Source: a bacterium
GTDB lineage: Bacteria > Zhuqueibacterota > QNDG01 > JAFGCO01
DNA: 64,000 nt
Assembly: GCA_016930535.1 (NCBI GenBank)
Contig: JAFGGN010000037.1
Span: 66,529 to 130,528 of the forward strand
Reading direction: 5' to 3'
The notes beneath the pieces are model-generated. The model saw only the letters and a program-made list of their open reading frames with translations, had not been told where the DNA came from and searched no databases. Below, one piece after another: positions 40,231 through 51,100 of this stretch (within the stretch, counting starts at the first letter, position 1; every line of letters begins with the position of its first letter). The position numbers were made by a program, and so were the translations under genes.

Positions 40231-41643
40231 CTATTTTAAAAGGCACATTTTCCGGGTCCACGTCTTACCCGAAACCGACATGACAATCCAGTAATGGCCC
40301 GAAGCCGCGGCCCGGCCCTCTTCGTCATATCCGTCCCAGATCAGTTCATGCGGCCCGGCCTCGGTCATCCGGCTCGTCAAACGCCGTATCCGTTTTCCCC
40401 TGATATCCATAATGTCCAATTTTATTTGTCCGGGGACCGGCAGAAAAAACGGAATGTGTGTATTTTGATTGAACGGATTGGGATAATTCCCGAAAAGGCC
40501 GTATTCTTCCGGATCCATGGATTCCCGCACATCCGTTACCGGTTTCACCTCAAACCGGAACACATGATCGCTTTGCTGATAAAAACCGCTGTTGTCTTCG
40601 GAGATCACTTTCCAATAATAAATACCCGGTGACAATGTCTGAAAATAAGAAAGGCCCGGACTGCTCAGGTTGGAAAAGAGCATGGTCTCCGGCGACTGGA
40701 ATGTGGAATCCGGTCCAAGATACAGCCGGTATTTGACCTCCTCATCCGCATCCGGATCAAATGAGGCCTCCCATTCAAAATTCAGAAACCCTGAATTCTC
40801 CTCAATGTCCGCATCACAGGGAGGCTTGATCAGGTCGAACGGCTGGGGGGGATCGGGCACCGGGATGACATGAATCATCATGACACCCTCCGCGGAAGAA
40901 CCGAATGAATCGGTTACATGAATGCCGAGTTCCGCGTTCCCGGACCAGTTGTTTTCGGGTTTGATCATGAGCAGTCCGGCCGAATCGATCCGGGTCGCCA
41001 CGTGGTCATCTCCCGTGAATTGCAGCGTCAGCCGGGACCAGGGATCATTGGGATCATGAATATAATCGGTCAGGAGCACGGATACGGAATCGTCCTCCAG
41101 CATATGATATCCGGGAAAAGTCTGTACAATCGGCGCAAAATTGACTTCGATGCATAACCGGGCCGAGGTCATCGAATCCGTAGGTATTTGTCCGTGCAGG
41201 GGGAACAGTTGAAAATGCGTGAGCCTGATTTCTGTCAGCCGGGTCGTGTCGCTTTCCACGCGAAAAACGATGGAAAACCAGATCCGCGTCGTATCGACCA
41301 TCTGCGATTCGGAAAGATTGGAGGTAAACGCAGCCACATGGGCCTCGCCCGAACCGGAACGGATATACGGAGCACCCCATGGTCCGGTCATGCCGCCATG
41401 CTGATCCACGGTCAGAAGTGTCAAAAAGCGCTGGTCATATTCAAAGTTGCAGTCATAAGCCACAATCGAATCCGCCGTACTCACAGACGAAACGTACAGC
41501 GGTATGCGGATTTCCGACTGCTGGCTCACCGACGTGTCGGGCAGCCAGACATGAATACCTGCCTGAACCGGATGGGTGATTCCCCACAGGATGCAGACAA
41601 ACAGCCGCAGACGTTTTATCAAATCAGTCAAAAAATGGTTCAT
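40231..41643 (-). CDS. T9SS-secreted hypothetical protein, paralogous in its C-terminal half to the downstream 1371-aa protein
   Basis: Signal peptide. Ig-like module, FN3-like module (IPVPDPPQPF…YRLYLGPDSTFQS…YYWKV) and T9SS C-terminal domain (FGNYPNPFNQNTHIPFFLP…GHYWIV). Start set to ATG 41643; the ORF track gives TTG 41652. Confidence 0.65.
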   Translation of the reverse strand: MNHFLTDLIKRLRLFVCILWGITHPVQAGIHVWLPDTSVSQQSEIRIPLYVSSVSTADSIVAYDCNFEYDQRFLTLLTVDQHGGMTGPWGAPYIRSGSGEAHVAAFTSNLSESQMVDTTRIWFSIVFRVESDTTRLTEIRLTHFQLFPLHGQIPTDSMTSARLCIEVNFAPIVQTFPGYHMLEDDSVSVLLTDYIHDPNDPWSRLTLQFTGDDHVATRIDSAGLLMIKPENNWSGNAELGIHVTDSFGSSAEGVMMIHVIPVPDPPQPFDLIKPPCDADIEENSGFLNFEWEASFDPDADEEVKYRLYLGPDSTFQSPETMLFSNLSSPGLSYFQTLSPGIYYWKVISEDNSGFYQQSDHVFRFEVKPVTDVRESMDPEEYGLFGNYPNPFNQNTHIPFFLPVPGQIKLDIMDIRGKRIRRLTSRMTEAGPHELIWDGYDEEGRAAASGHYWIVMSVSGKTWTRKMCLLK

Positions 41644-41673
41644 ACCCTGCAAAACGATGCATTGACCCGACGT

Positions 41674-44600
41674 TTATCGTACCAGTATCATTTTCCGCTG
41701 GAATGCATGATCCTTCCAGACGGTCCGCAGCAAATACACACCGGAAGGCACATCCATATTCCTGTCATCCTTTCCGGACCATTCAATACGGTGGCTGCCG
41801 GCTGCCTGGGCCTTATCGAGCAGGGTGCAGACTTCACCGCCGCGCATGTTATAAACCGTCACACGGACATGGCTGCGTTCCGGAATCGAATACTGTATCT
41901 GCGTGCATGCATTAAAGGGATTCGGATAATTCTGGTCGAGTGAAAAACCGTCCATCGAACGGGGCTGCTCCTCAACGGACGTTTGAATGGTCAGCACATA
42001 CCGTTCGACGGACCAGGTGGAAAATCCCTGATGATCCACGGCACGGGCCCGCCAGTAGGAATTCGATGCGACGGAATTCCGGTTCAGAATCAGAAAGGTG
42101 TCCTGAACTGAATTCACGCGGAGCGTGGCGGAACTCTGAAACAGAGAGTCCGGTCCCAGAAAAAACTCGTAGGAAATGCCGTCGCCTGAATCCACATTAC
42201 GGGATTTTCGCCATCGGAACGCGACCATTTTCACCGAATCGGGCAGCTCCGTATGATTCAGCGGAGCGACCAGCGAAAATGCCTTGGGCGGATCCGGGAT
42301 GGGAATGATCGTGATGCTGAATGTATCCAGGGCCGCCATACCCCACGGGTCCATGACTTCAAGCACGACATCCGCGGTGCCGTTCCAGTCGCTGTCCGGA
42401 ACGATGCGCAGCTCCGCTCCATTCCATGACGGCTGAAACGGCGCGCCGTTCACGACGGAAATGTGCAGACTGTCCAGAGGATCGTTTTTGTCCGAAATGA
42501 TTTTCTCAAGCCGCGACCGTTTGTATACCAGTGCGATATCTTCCAGCAGTGTCGTATCCGGAAAATCCTTCACTTCGGGCGGGAAAATGGAACTGGTTGT
42601 AAAATTTGCCTTCAGGGTGACGGCTTGATTCATCGAAAAGCTCACCGGATTGACATCCGTCACAAGGTCGCCGCTCCAGCCTGTAAATGTGAAATGCGTA
42701 TCCACCGGTACGGCGGTCAATTGCAGCAGGGTACCCTCATCGTACCATGGCCCCGGCAGAGAAAACTCGATGTGACCGCCGTAAGCGGGAGAACCTGCGG
42801 CATTCAGATGATACTGCTTCTGCCAGTGTGCATTCTGAACGATGCCGCCGTCCGCCTGAAGCTCGATCCGGCAGCATGCAGCATCGGTTCCATGCTCGTT
42901 TCCCGCGGTCCATTGGGTGAACCGGTACCGCGATCCGCCGTCCTCTTCAACGAGGCTGTCCACGGACAATGTGATCCTGGCTCCGGCCGCGACCCATCCG
43001 TCCCCCTGGACGGTTTCAGAACCGTGTTCCGTTTGCACTTCAACTCCATACTCAGGATTGAAAAAAGCCGTATAGGTTACCGGGTCCGCAGGAATGACGA
43101 TAAGATGCTGACGGCCCTGATTGTCACTCCACCGGTCAAAAACATACCGGGTCAGCGGAATGGTCTGCTGAGGTGTCGCAGTACCCAATGTATACTGCTC
43201 GCCCGGAAGCCAGTAAAACGTGCGCGGACTCGGAAAATCGGCTCCGTTTACGCTGATGGACAGTCCCTGGGGTTCGGTGGCCACATGAACGTTTCCGATT
43301 TCGAACAGGGCGGTCAATTCGACCGGCTGACTGATTTGAACCGTCAGGGGATTGACGCGTCCCGTATAGCTTCCGGACCAGGCAGCAAAACCGTATCCCG
43401 CATCCGCATCGCCTTCGGCCCGGAACGTAACCTGGGAACCGACGGTGCCCCATTCCCCTGTCGTATTCTGAAGCGTCACGATTCCCGTATTGGGCGGCGT
43501 CACCTGTGTGGTGATCAGGCATTCATGGTTCCAGACAACGGTCTCGGTCACGGCATTGTTCATGACCACGGTCTGTTCCCTGACAGTTCCCGTATACGAT
43601 CCGGATCCCGATCCCTGCCATTGGGCAAACCGGTACCGGTTTTTGGAATCGGATTGTACCAGCGAATCCACGGCAAACGATGCGGTTCCGCCGGCCTCAT
43701 ACCATCCCGCTCCCTGGGCCGATCCGTGCCCGTTCGCGACACAATTCAGATAATACTGGGTCTGCCAGACCGCTGTCTCAACGATCGGGCTGTTCACCGT
43801 AACGGCGAAATTGGTCTGATTTCCAGTGTATGCGGACGCACCCTGTCCCTGCCATTGCTGAAAGACATAGCGTGTCCCATCCGGCCCGTTCTCCACGGAC
43901 GCGACAGTGACGGACAAATTGCTGCCCGCATTCTTCCACTGTTCCTGGGGTACGTTCGGAGAACCGTGAGTGGATTGCACCACCACACGGTATTCGGTAT
44001 TCCAGACCGCGGTCAATGCCACAGGCGCATCCAGAACCAGGGACAAACTGGGGGATGCCGATGTGGTCACCGTGCCGTTTTTATCGATGTTCCAGTGAGA
44101 AAATACACGCCGCGTGTCCTGCTCTTGAACAGTGGCGGGCACGGTTACATTGACTCCGGCCTTGTCGTTGTACCAGTTGGTCAGATCATCGGCCGCGGTT
44201 CCTGACTGGACGTCCAGCCAGAATTCCTTTTTCCAACCGATGGTTTCGGTAATCTCTTCCTGCATCACGACAAAAGCAGAACGCAGACTTCCCGTATAGG
44301 ACCCGGCGCCGCTTCCGCTCCATTGCTGAAACAGATACCGCGTCGTGCCCTGGGCATCGACAATCAGGCTGTCCGTGGAGATCGCGACGGTCTCATTGGC
44401 GAGCTGCATGCCGTGGCCGGTTTTCGTAGCGCCGACACCGCCGTCGTCGATGGTCAGCTGATACCGCATTGCATAAAACCCGATATCCGTCGGCGTGCCG
44501 TCAGGCAGGGCCAGACCCTGCCCGATACACGGAGAACCCGGCTGCAGCGTAAAATCATTCTGATATGCATTGACGAACAGCGGATTCACATCCAGCAAGG

Positions 44601-45789
44601 TATTGTCATTGGCGTTCTGGGGATTGTTGGTCGGTCTTTCTACGCAGTTTTTATAGCCGAAGAATCCCGCTTCCCCCCGCGTGTCCGCAGGATTTCCGTT
44701 GTTGTAATGATAAATATTGAAACACACGTTGCCGGGTTCCGGAACATTGCCCCATACGATGTTGTTCACCAGAATGGGCCGGTCGCTGACATTGTCCGCG
44801 ATGTACACCTCGACGCCTTTATGACGGATCATGCCGCCCGGTTCATAATCATGCCGGTTATAGGCCACAATATTGTGGCAGAACAGGGCCTCTACATCCC
44901 TTATCTGACAGCCTCCGCCGCAGGCGGCGAAGTTCCGGTACACGACATTCCTTTCAACGATGGGACAGTATCCCGGACGGTACTGCACCTGATCCGGCAG
45001 CTGATAATTGGGATCCGGCGAATAATAGGCCTGTATGCCGATACCGCCCCCGTTTTTGCCGTAACAGCCCGTCACACGGTTGTTCCGGATTACGGAAAAC
45101 CATCGCCGTGTCTTGATACCGCCGCCATCCGTTTCCCACCGGATGGCACTGGCGTTGAATCCCGAATACTGAACCGTAAATCCGTCAAGCAGGGTCTGAT
45201 GGGCCATATCCACGCCGCGCAGCCCCGGATTTGAAACATTCGTACCGATCCATCCCTGAATAAAACATTTGTAAAGATCCGGATTGCGCTGATCCAGCTG
45301 CGTTTCATTGCCCGAGAATCCTCCGAACAGCATGACCTTGGGCAGCAGTTGAATCACGCCTTTCAGCAACACGCCGTCCACCGTATAAGATCCCCGCGGC
45401 TCCGTCTGAAAGGTATACAATCCCTGCGCCACCCAGACCCATCCTTCACCGTTGTTGTAAGCCGCATCCACGCCATCCTGTATATGTGCGAACGCGTTTG
45501 CCCATGAAGTCCCGTTTCTGTTGCCGGTCGCATTGGGATCCACATAGAATATGGGGTACCCGGCTTCCTGCATATACAGGATCTCCATGATCTGTTCCTT
45601 GACTTCGAGCCGTCTGGCCGCCTCGCCCGGGGTCCATCCCTCCCCTTCGGTGAGCGATTTGGCAAGCCCGTCGACACGGGTCCATTTGGATTCGTATCCG
45701 GAACCCGGCTGTGTGATAAAAATAAAAGCAATGATTCCCAGAACCAGGCTCTCCCTCGCCATGGCCAAAAAATCAGTTCGCGTTCTCAC
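41674..45789 (-). CDS. T9SS-secreted right-handed beta-helix protein with about 7 divergent InlB B-repeats
   Basis: 1371 aa. N-terminal signal peptide. Parallel beta-helix region (YVDPNATGNRNGTSWANAFAHIQDGVDAA…NNRVTGCYGKNGGGI…). Repeated RY.F.QW.G.G modules (RYLFQQWSGSGAGSYTG, RYVFQQWQGQGASAYTG, RYRFAQWQGSGSGSYTG, GYGFAAWSGSYTG, RYVFDRWSDNQG, RYRFTQWTAGNEHG, HFTFTGWSGDLVTD) matching the divergent InlB B-repeat family. Then Ig-like plus FN3-like modules and the T9SS C-terminal domain (QNYPNPFNACTQIQYSIP). GTG start with a GAGGTG RBS. Confidence 0.7.
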   Translation of the reverse strand: MRTRTDFLAMARESLVLGIIAFIFITQPGSGYESKWTRVDGLAKSLTEGEGWTPGEAARRLEVKEQIMEILYMQEAGYPIFYVDPNATGNRNGTSWANAFAHIQDGVDAAYNNGEGWVWVAQGLYTFQTEPRGSYTVDGVLLKGVIQLLPKVMLFGGFSGNETQLDQRNPDLYKCFIQGWIGTNVSNPGLRGVDMAHQTLLDGFTVQYSGFNASAIRWETDGGGIKTRRWFSVIRNNRVTGCYGKNGGGIGIQAYYSPDPNYQLPDQVQYRPGYCPIVERNVVYRNFAACGGGCQIRDVEALFCHNIVAYNRHDYEPGGMIRHKGVEVYIADNVSDRPILVNNIVWGNVPEPGNVCFNIYHYNNGNPADTRGEAGFFGYKNCVERPTNNPQNANDNTLLDVNPLFVNAYQNDFTLQPGSPCIGQGLALPDGTPTDIGFYAMRYQLTIDDGGVGATKTGHGMQLANETVAISTDSLIVDAQGTTRYLFQQWSGSGAGSYTGSLRSAFVVMQEEITETIGWKKEFWLDVQSGTAADDLTNWYNDKAGVNVTVPATVQEQDTRRVFSHWNIDKNGTVTTSASPSLSLVLDAPVALTAVWNTEYRVVVQSTHGSPNVPQEQWKNAGSNLSVTVASVENGPDGTRYVFQQWQGQGASAYTGNQTNFAVTVNSPIVETAVWQTQYYLNCVANGHGSAQGAGWYEAGGTASFAVDSLVQSDSKNRYRFAQWQGSGSGSYTGTVREQTVVMNNAVTETVVWNHECLITTQVTPPNTGIVTLQNTTGEWGTVGSQVTFRAEGDADAGYGFAAWSGSYTGRVNPLTVQISQPVELTALFEIGNVHVATEPQGLSISVNGADFPSPRTFYWLPGEQYTLGTATPQQTIPLTRYVFDRWSDNQGRQHLIVIPADPVTYTAFFNPEYGVEVQTEHGSETVQGDGWVAAGARITLSVDSLVEEDGGSRYRFTQWTAGNEHGTDAACCRIELQADGGIVQNAHWQKQYHLNAAGSPAYGGHIEFSLPGPWYDEGTLLQLTAVPVDTHFTFTGWSGDLVTDVNPVSFSMNQAVTLKANFTTSSIFPPEVKDFPDTTLLEDIALVYKRSRLEKIISDKNDPLDSLHISVVNGAPFQPSWNGAELRIVPDSDWNGTADVVLEVMDPWGMAALDTFSITIIPIPDPPKAFSLVAPLNHTELPDSVKMVAFRWRKSRNVDSGDGISYEFFLGPDSLFQSSATLRVNSVQDTFLILNRNSVASNSYWRARAVDHQGFSTWSVERYVLTIQTSVEEQPRSMDGFSLDQNYPNPFNACTQIQYSIPERSHVRVTVYNMRGGEVCTLLDKAQAAGSHRIEWSGKDDRNMDVPSGVYLLRTVWKDHAFQRKMILVR

Positions 45790-45796
45790 GTTTTTT

Positions 45797-48007
45797 TCAC
45801 CTCAGAAGTTGCATCCGTTTGATCGTTGTTCGTTGCCCGTTTTCAAGCACCATAAAATAAATGCCGGAAGGCAGATCGGCTCCCTGCTGATTCCTGCCGT
45901 CCCAGATCACCTGATGGGGACCTGCGGACCACTCCCGGTCCGAAATCAGACGAACCTGCTGCCCCAGCACATTGACGATCTGAATGGTTACCCATGTTGC
46001 TGTTTCCAGCGTAAAATCGACAGCGGTTTTTCCATTGAACGGATTGGGGTAATTCTTCAGCACCGTTTCACGGCCGGTCCCCTCAGCCTGTTCTGTAATA
46101 CCCGCGGTCTCCTGCACAATATGATATTGATTCACGCTCACCTGGTCGAGCCAGACCTGCGGGAATTCATTCTCCGTTATAAATGACAGCGTCACAAGTT
46201 CCATATATCCTGAAGCCGGTTCAGCACCGTATACAGCCACGTTCAAATGTCCGGCGCTGTCCTGATTCCATTCGGCATGAAATCCCTCCCGGACCGCTGC
46301 AACACCTGTAAAAGACGTCCGGGCCGTATCCCAGTGTACATGAAATGCGCTGGACAACACCCCGTCTCCGGCCACATAAACCGGCATGTCGAACGTCTCC
46401 TGCGCAACGGTCTTTGCCAGTACCGGCGAACCGAAACAGACCTGATACGGGGACGCATCGTTCTGAATATCCCATGAAGCGACAATATCGCCTGTCCGCA
46501 CTCCGGTGAAGCTGAGCGTGTCCACATCATCGGCTGACGACGCACAAACCAGCTCATCGGGCCAGAAATTCCATGATCCGATGGCCGTGTTCTCCGGGAT
46601 TTCCAGTCCCACAACGAGACGGGCCACAAGGGCCGCATCCATCATCGTTGTCTCACCGTCGCCGTCCATATCGGCGGCCTGCATCTGGGACGGACCGAAC
46701 ACATCCAGACCCACCACGTGACGCGCGATCAGGGAAGCATCATAAATATCCACATCAACAGCCTGCGGGGACAAATCCTCCTTTTCCGGAACAAGCGTCA
46801 CGGTCTGATTCAGCGGAACACCATCCAGTTTAAAATGACCGGCCTGGTCCGTAAACACTTCACTGTCCGTTCCATGCCATTGCATTTTCACGTCGGCAAC
46901 CGGTAATCCGTTCCCCAAATATTGAACGCTGCCCGCCAGGTAAATATGGTCGCGGGGTAACAGTGTCTGCACGGCGATGGAATCCACCAGGCCGGAAGCC
47001 CGGGCACGGATCCAGGATGAATCTGCCCAGCCCATTCCAACGGAAACCTGTACCGTTCCATTCGAGTCGCTGAGGGCGGAATCGGAAGACAGAAGCACCG
47101 CATCCCCGAACGGCACATCGAACTGAACCGGAACGCCGGCTGCGGGATTCCCGAAACCGTCCGTCACCCGAAACAGAACCGGATCCGGGACCGGATCGCC
47201 CGGAAGGGCCTGCTGTCCGGCAACGCCCGAAGCCATAATATACAGAGGAAGTGTTTTAAAAGCCTCCAGAAACACTTCGGCCATATGCCGGTAGCCGTAA
47301 CAGTTGGGATGATTGTCATCGGCGAACATATCTGATGTGAATCCGGTGAACTGATCCACGAGTCTGACCAGCCCGGGCGGAATGGCAGGTACCCGGCCTG
47401 CTTCGATATCCTGAACCATTGTCTCCAGGTCCGAATTGAGCAGGGGAATGCCGGCATCGCCCATATGACGCCAGGTTTTCGGAATAATCTGGCAGAGAAA
47501 CAGGGTTTCGAGATGTGTTCCGCGCCGCCCGTCATGCCATTGCGCCAGATAGGCCGTTAATTTGGCCAAATGCCCGGAAACCTGGTCCGTAAATGTGAGA
47601 CCGCCGTCCGTGGTATACGGGCCTCCTTTGATATACTGATTGTACAACCAGAAATCGTTGCTGCCCAGATGCACCACCACGATATCGGGCTTCCATTCAT
47701 CCATTTCCCCCGCAACGTTGTAGGCGCCGCTGTTTTCGTAAAATTCCGGCGTGATCGCGCCTGAAAAGAAAAAACCGCGGTAAATACTGGCTTCCTCTTC
47801 GGAACCGACGAACTGGAAGGGAAATCCGAGCTGAGACAGGTGGGCGTGCACGTCATCACGGAATCCGGGCTCACACTCCTTGCCCTTTGTGATCGAATCC
47901 CCGATAAAAAGGATTTTATGGGCCGCATCCAGCCGGGTGGCCGCCAGGATAATCAGTATCAGGTAAACCAATGGGAATTGTCCGACGATCCGTTTCATGA
48001 GCTGCAT
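45797..48007 (-). CDS. T9SS-secreted SGNH/GDSL hydrolase with Ig-like, CarbopepD_reg-like, dockerin-like and cohesin-like(?) modules
   Basis: 736 aa. Signal peptide. SGNH blocks (FIGDSITKG, VVVHLGSNDF, DDNHPN). A type-I-dockerin-like Ca-binding segment (ADMDGDGETTMMDAALVARLVVGL) preceded by a half-repeat (VDVDIYDASLIARHVVGL). T9SS C-terminal domain (LKNYPNPFNGKTAVDFTLE…GIYFMVL). Confidence 0.7.
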   Translation of the reverse strand: MQLMKRIVGQFPLVYLILIILAATRLDAAHKILFIGDSITKGKECEPGFRDDVHAHLSQLGFPFQFVGSEEEASIYRGFFFSGAITPEFYENSGAYNVAGEMDEWKPDIVVVHLGSNDFWLYNQYIKGGPYTTDGGLTFTDQVSGHLAKLTAYLAQWHDGRRGTHLETLFLCQIIPKTWRHMGDAGIPLLNSDLETMVQDIEAGRVPAIPPGLVRLVDQFTGFTSDMFADDNHPNCYGYRHMAEVFLEAFKTLPLYIMASGVAGQQALPGDPVPDPVLFRVTDGFGNPAAGVPVQFDVPFGDAVLLSSDSALSDSNGTVQVSVGMGWADSSWIRARASGLVDSIAVQTLLPRDHIYLAGSVQYLGNGLPVADVKMQWHGTDSEVFTDQAGHFKLDGVPLNQTVTLVPEKEDLSPQAVDVDIYDASLIARHVVGLDVFGPSQMQAADMDGDGETTMMDAALVARLVVGLEIPENTAIGSWNFWPDELVCASSADDVDTLSFTGVRTGDIVASWDIQNDASPYQVCFGSPVLAKTVAQETFDMPVYVAGDGVLSSAFHVHWDTARTSFTGVAAVREGFHAEWNQDSAGHLNVAVYGAEPASGYMELVTLSFITENEFPQVWLDQVSVNQYHIVQETAGITEQAEGTGRETVLKNYPNPFNGKTAVDFTLETATWVTIQIVNVLGQQVRLISDREWSAGPHQVIWDGRNQQGADLPSGIYFMVLENGQRTTIKRMQLLR

Positions 48008-48134
48008 GGTTTCCGTTGTTGCATGAACCTGAATGTACTAAACTTTTGACTGTTTTAAAAGCCTTTCATATACAAAAGGGCAGTCCGCAATGCAATGCGG
48101 ACATGCCCCCTCGTTTGTCTTTATGATTTTCTTT

Positions 48135-51100
48135 TTATTTCATTTTTACCATTCGTTTGGTAATGACTTTCCGGGAACTCTGCAGCCTGTAAATGTAGAG
48201 ACCCGTGGACACGTCATGTCCCTGGGCATTCCGGCCGTCCCATTCCGATTCATAATAACCGGGATCGAGTTCCGCGTTGACCAGTGTGGTCACCAGCTGA
48301 CCCCGCATATTATAAATGAGGATTTTTACCTGATCCCGCTTCGGAATCTCATACCGGATCGTAGTCACCGGATTGAACGGATTCGGAAAATTCTGATACA
48401 GCACATAGGCTTCCGGCCGTGGTATCTGTACCATGACCGGACCATGCTCGCCGGACCGGCCCTGCTCGTCCACATCCATCAGTTTATAATAGTAATTCAG
48501 CCCCGGCTCTACAGAGCCGTCTGTATACCGGTAGTTCATCGCATTCTCGGACCGGATCAGATCGGACGTGATCTGCTCAAACGGACCGTCCTGTTTCGTA
48601 CTGCGGTATACATGGAAACCCGAATTCCGCAGCTCCGAAGCCGAGGACCAGACGAGTTCGACCGCATTGGTCTGCGCGTCGAACAGCGCATAGAATTCCG
48701 CCAGCTCCACTTTCATGGGTGCAATGATCTCCACGCGCCAGATATAATTGTCATTCAATGTGCCGTCCGAAACCTGTACCGAAACCAGATGCACATCACG
48801 CAGGCTGGTAGGAATGTTCCACCGCAGCAACGATGAATTGCTGCCGAGCGGCTGATTGTCCAGCCGCCATGTGTAGGTCAACGGATCCAGGTCCGGATCC
48901 GTGGCCTCGATCCAGAAACGATGCTCCATGCCGGCGTGCACGGATGTATCCTGAGATACCGGCATTCTTTTGGATATGGTCGGTGCCTGCGGCGAGTCCA
49001 CAACCTCGACATCGAATTCCTTCTCGTCATATCCCCCATTAATATCCACAACCCTGGCGATAAACGTGTATTCGCCGGCGTCATCGAAACCCGGAACCCA
49101 GCGAATACGGGCTGTCAGCGCGGATTCCGTGATCAGCAGCATGGTCGGGGGCCTCGAAACCGCGCCGACCTGTTCGACCATAAAATGCAGTGCATTTCCA
49201 TCCGCATCATCCGCAGCCAGGAACACGGTCAGCGGATTGATCTGATCGTTCTCATTGACCGTATACAGACTGCTGATCAGGGCCTTGTTCAACACCGGCA
49301 GGCTGGCATTCTGACGGATATCGATCACGAACTGCAGCGTAAATTCGCCGGACACGGCCCGGATCCGGGCTGTACCGGCGCTTGAACCGGCCCTGAACTG
49401 AATCTGGGCCATGCCATGATCATCGCTCGCTATAATCTGGTCGCCGACAACGGTTTTGGTCACCGCATCCACGACATTGCCGTCACCGGTGTCCTTGGTA
49501 AAGTACACGGAAACATCCGGCACGCCGTTGCCGTAGGCATCCTGTACCTGAACCTTGATGGCGCCGGGTAAATAGTTGTTCGTACTCACGACACGCGTGA
49601 GATCGGTCAGGGGCACGAGTGTCGCCGGCTGAACCGTGGTAATGTTGGCATTGAAAATAATCGGGGAATTTTCCAGATACAGTCCGCTGGCCTCAACGGT
49701 TACGGCGCCGGTTTCATACCCCAGGTCCAGCATTGCCGAGGCCAGGCCGGACGCGTCCGTGGTTCTTGAAACGGAACCGTTGCCCTGAAAACTGGCCTCG
49801 CCGGAGGCCACTGCAAATGTAATTTTGGTACCGGAAACCGGGTTGCCGTGCGCATCCGTCACTTTCACCATCATCGGATTGGGCAGCGATTGTCCGACCA
49901 CGCCGGTCTGGCCGTCTCCGGATAATTTGGCCAGACGGCTCGCCAGCCCGGCCGTGCTTTTCGCGGAAAACCGGATGGGGGATCCTGACAGGGTCAGATT
50001 ATAGGCCTTGACCCAGCCGGTTGCGCCGCTTTCCGTACCCGTTCTGAAATAGGCACTGGATTCGCCGTATTCATCCGTCACCGTCGAACTGACGATGGAT
50101 CCGTCGCCGGATTCGACTTCATACGTAATCGCCACGCCGGCCACGGGCTGGCCGTCCACATCCATCACACCCAAGACCATGGGTTCGGGAAGCACCTGAC
50201 CGGCAGGTCCCTGCTGATTGTTGCCGCTCACCATGAACATGGTGACGGCTTTGCCGATCTTCGCCGTATTCATGAAAAGGCATGGACTGCCGTCCAGCGG
50301 CTCGCCCAGCTGAGTGTTGGCAATGGCTTCGACCGTATACTCGCCGGTCTCCTCACCGTAAATAATATAGGTGCAGGCAATGCCGTTGACATCGCTGAGA
50401 TCATCGCTGCGGAGCAGCCTTCCGCCCCTGGTGCTGGTCAGCTGAAAATAGACCCGTTTGTTGGCCACCGGGTTGCCGAGAACATCCGTCACCCGGACCG
50501 CCAGAGAATCTTTCGAAATCGTGCCCACATTACCGATCTGCCCGGATCCGAAAATGGGCTGTATACGTGCTGCATTGTTGGGATCGAAATTGACGACGCC
50601 GTTTTCGGACAGTGTGATATTGTCCACAGCTACCGTCGCTTCAATGACTTTCTCTCCTGAATGCGGCGATATCAGATGACCGACAGCCTGTCCGTTCAGA
50701 TCCGTGGGTCCGATCTTGGAATCGTAATAATTGGTGCCTCCGGTCACTTTAATGTTCACTTCCTTGCCGCTGACCGGATTACCGTACTTGTCGCGCAGGG
50801 TCACGGTGATCCAGCAGGTGTCCACGCCCGAAGCCACAAGCGAACCCGAGGTTTCGATGCTGGATGTATCCGGATCCACCATATCGGATATGCCGCTGCC
50901 GTAGAACAGCACCGGTGATCCTTTCAGTTCATGAATGCCGTTATAGGCCCTTGCTTCCAGAACATTGTTGTTGGTGCCGGCCTTGATGCCCAGCTTCCAC
51001 AGCACCGATCCGATGCCTTCCGAGCTCTGTGTTTTCACGGTGACCGTGGTATCGGTACTGCCTGCGAGCGTACCGCCTCCATTCAGAACCGAGAAGGTCA

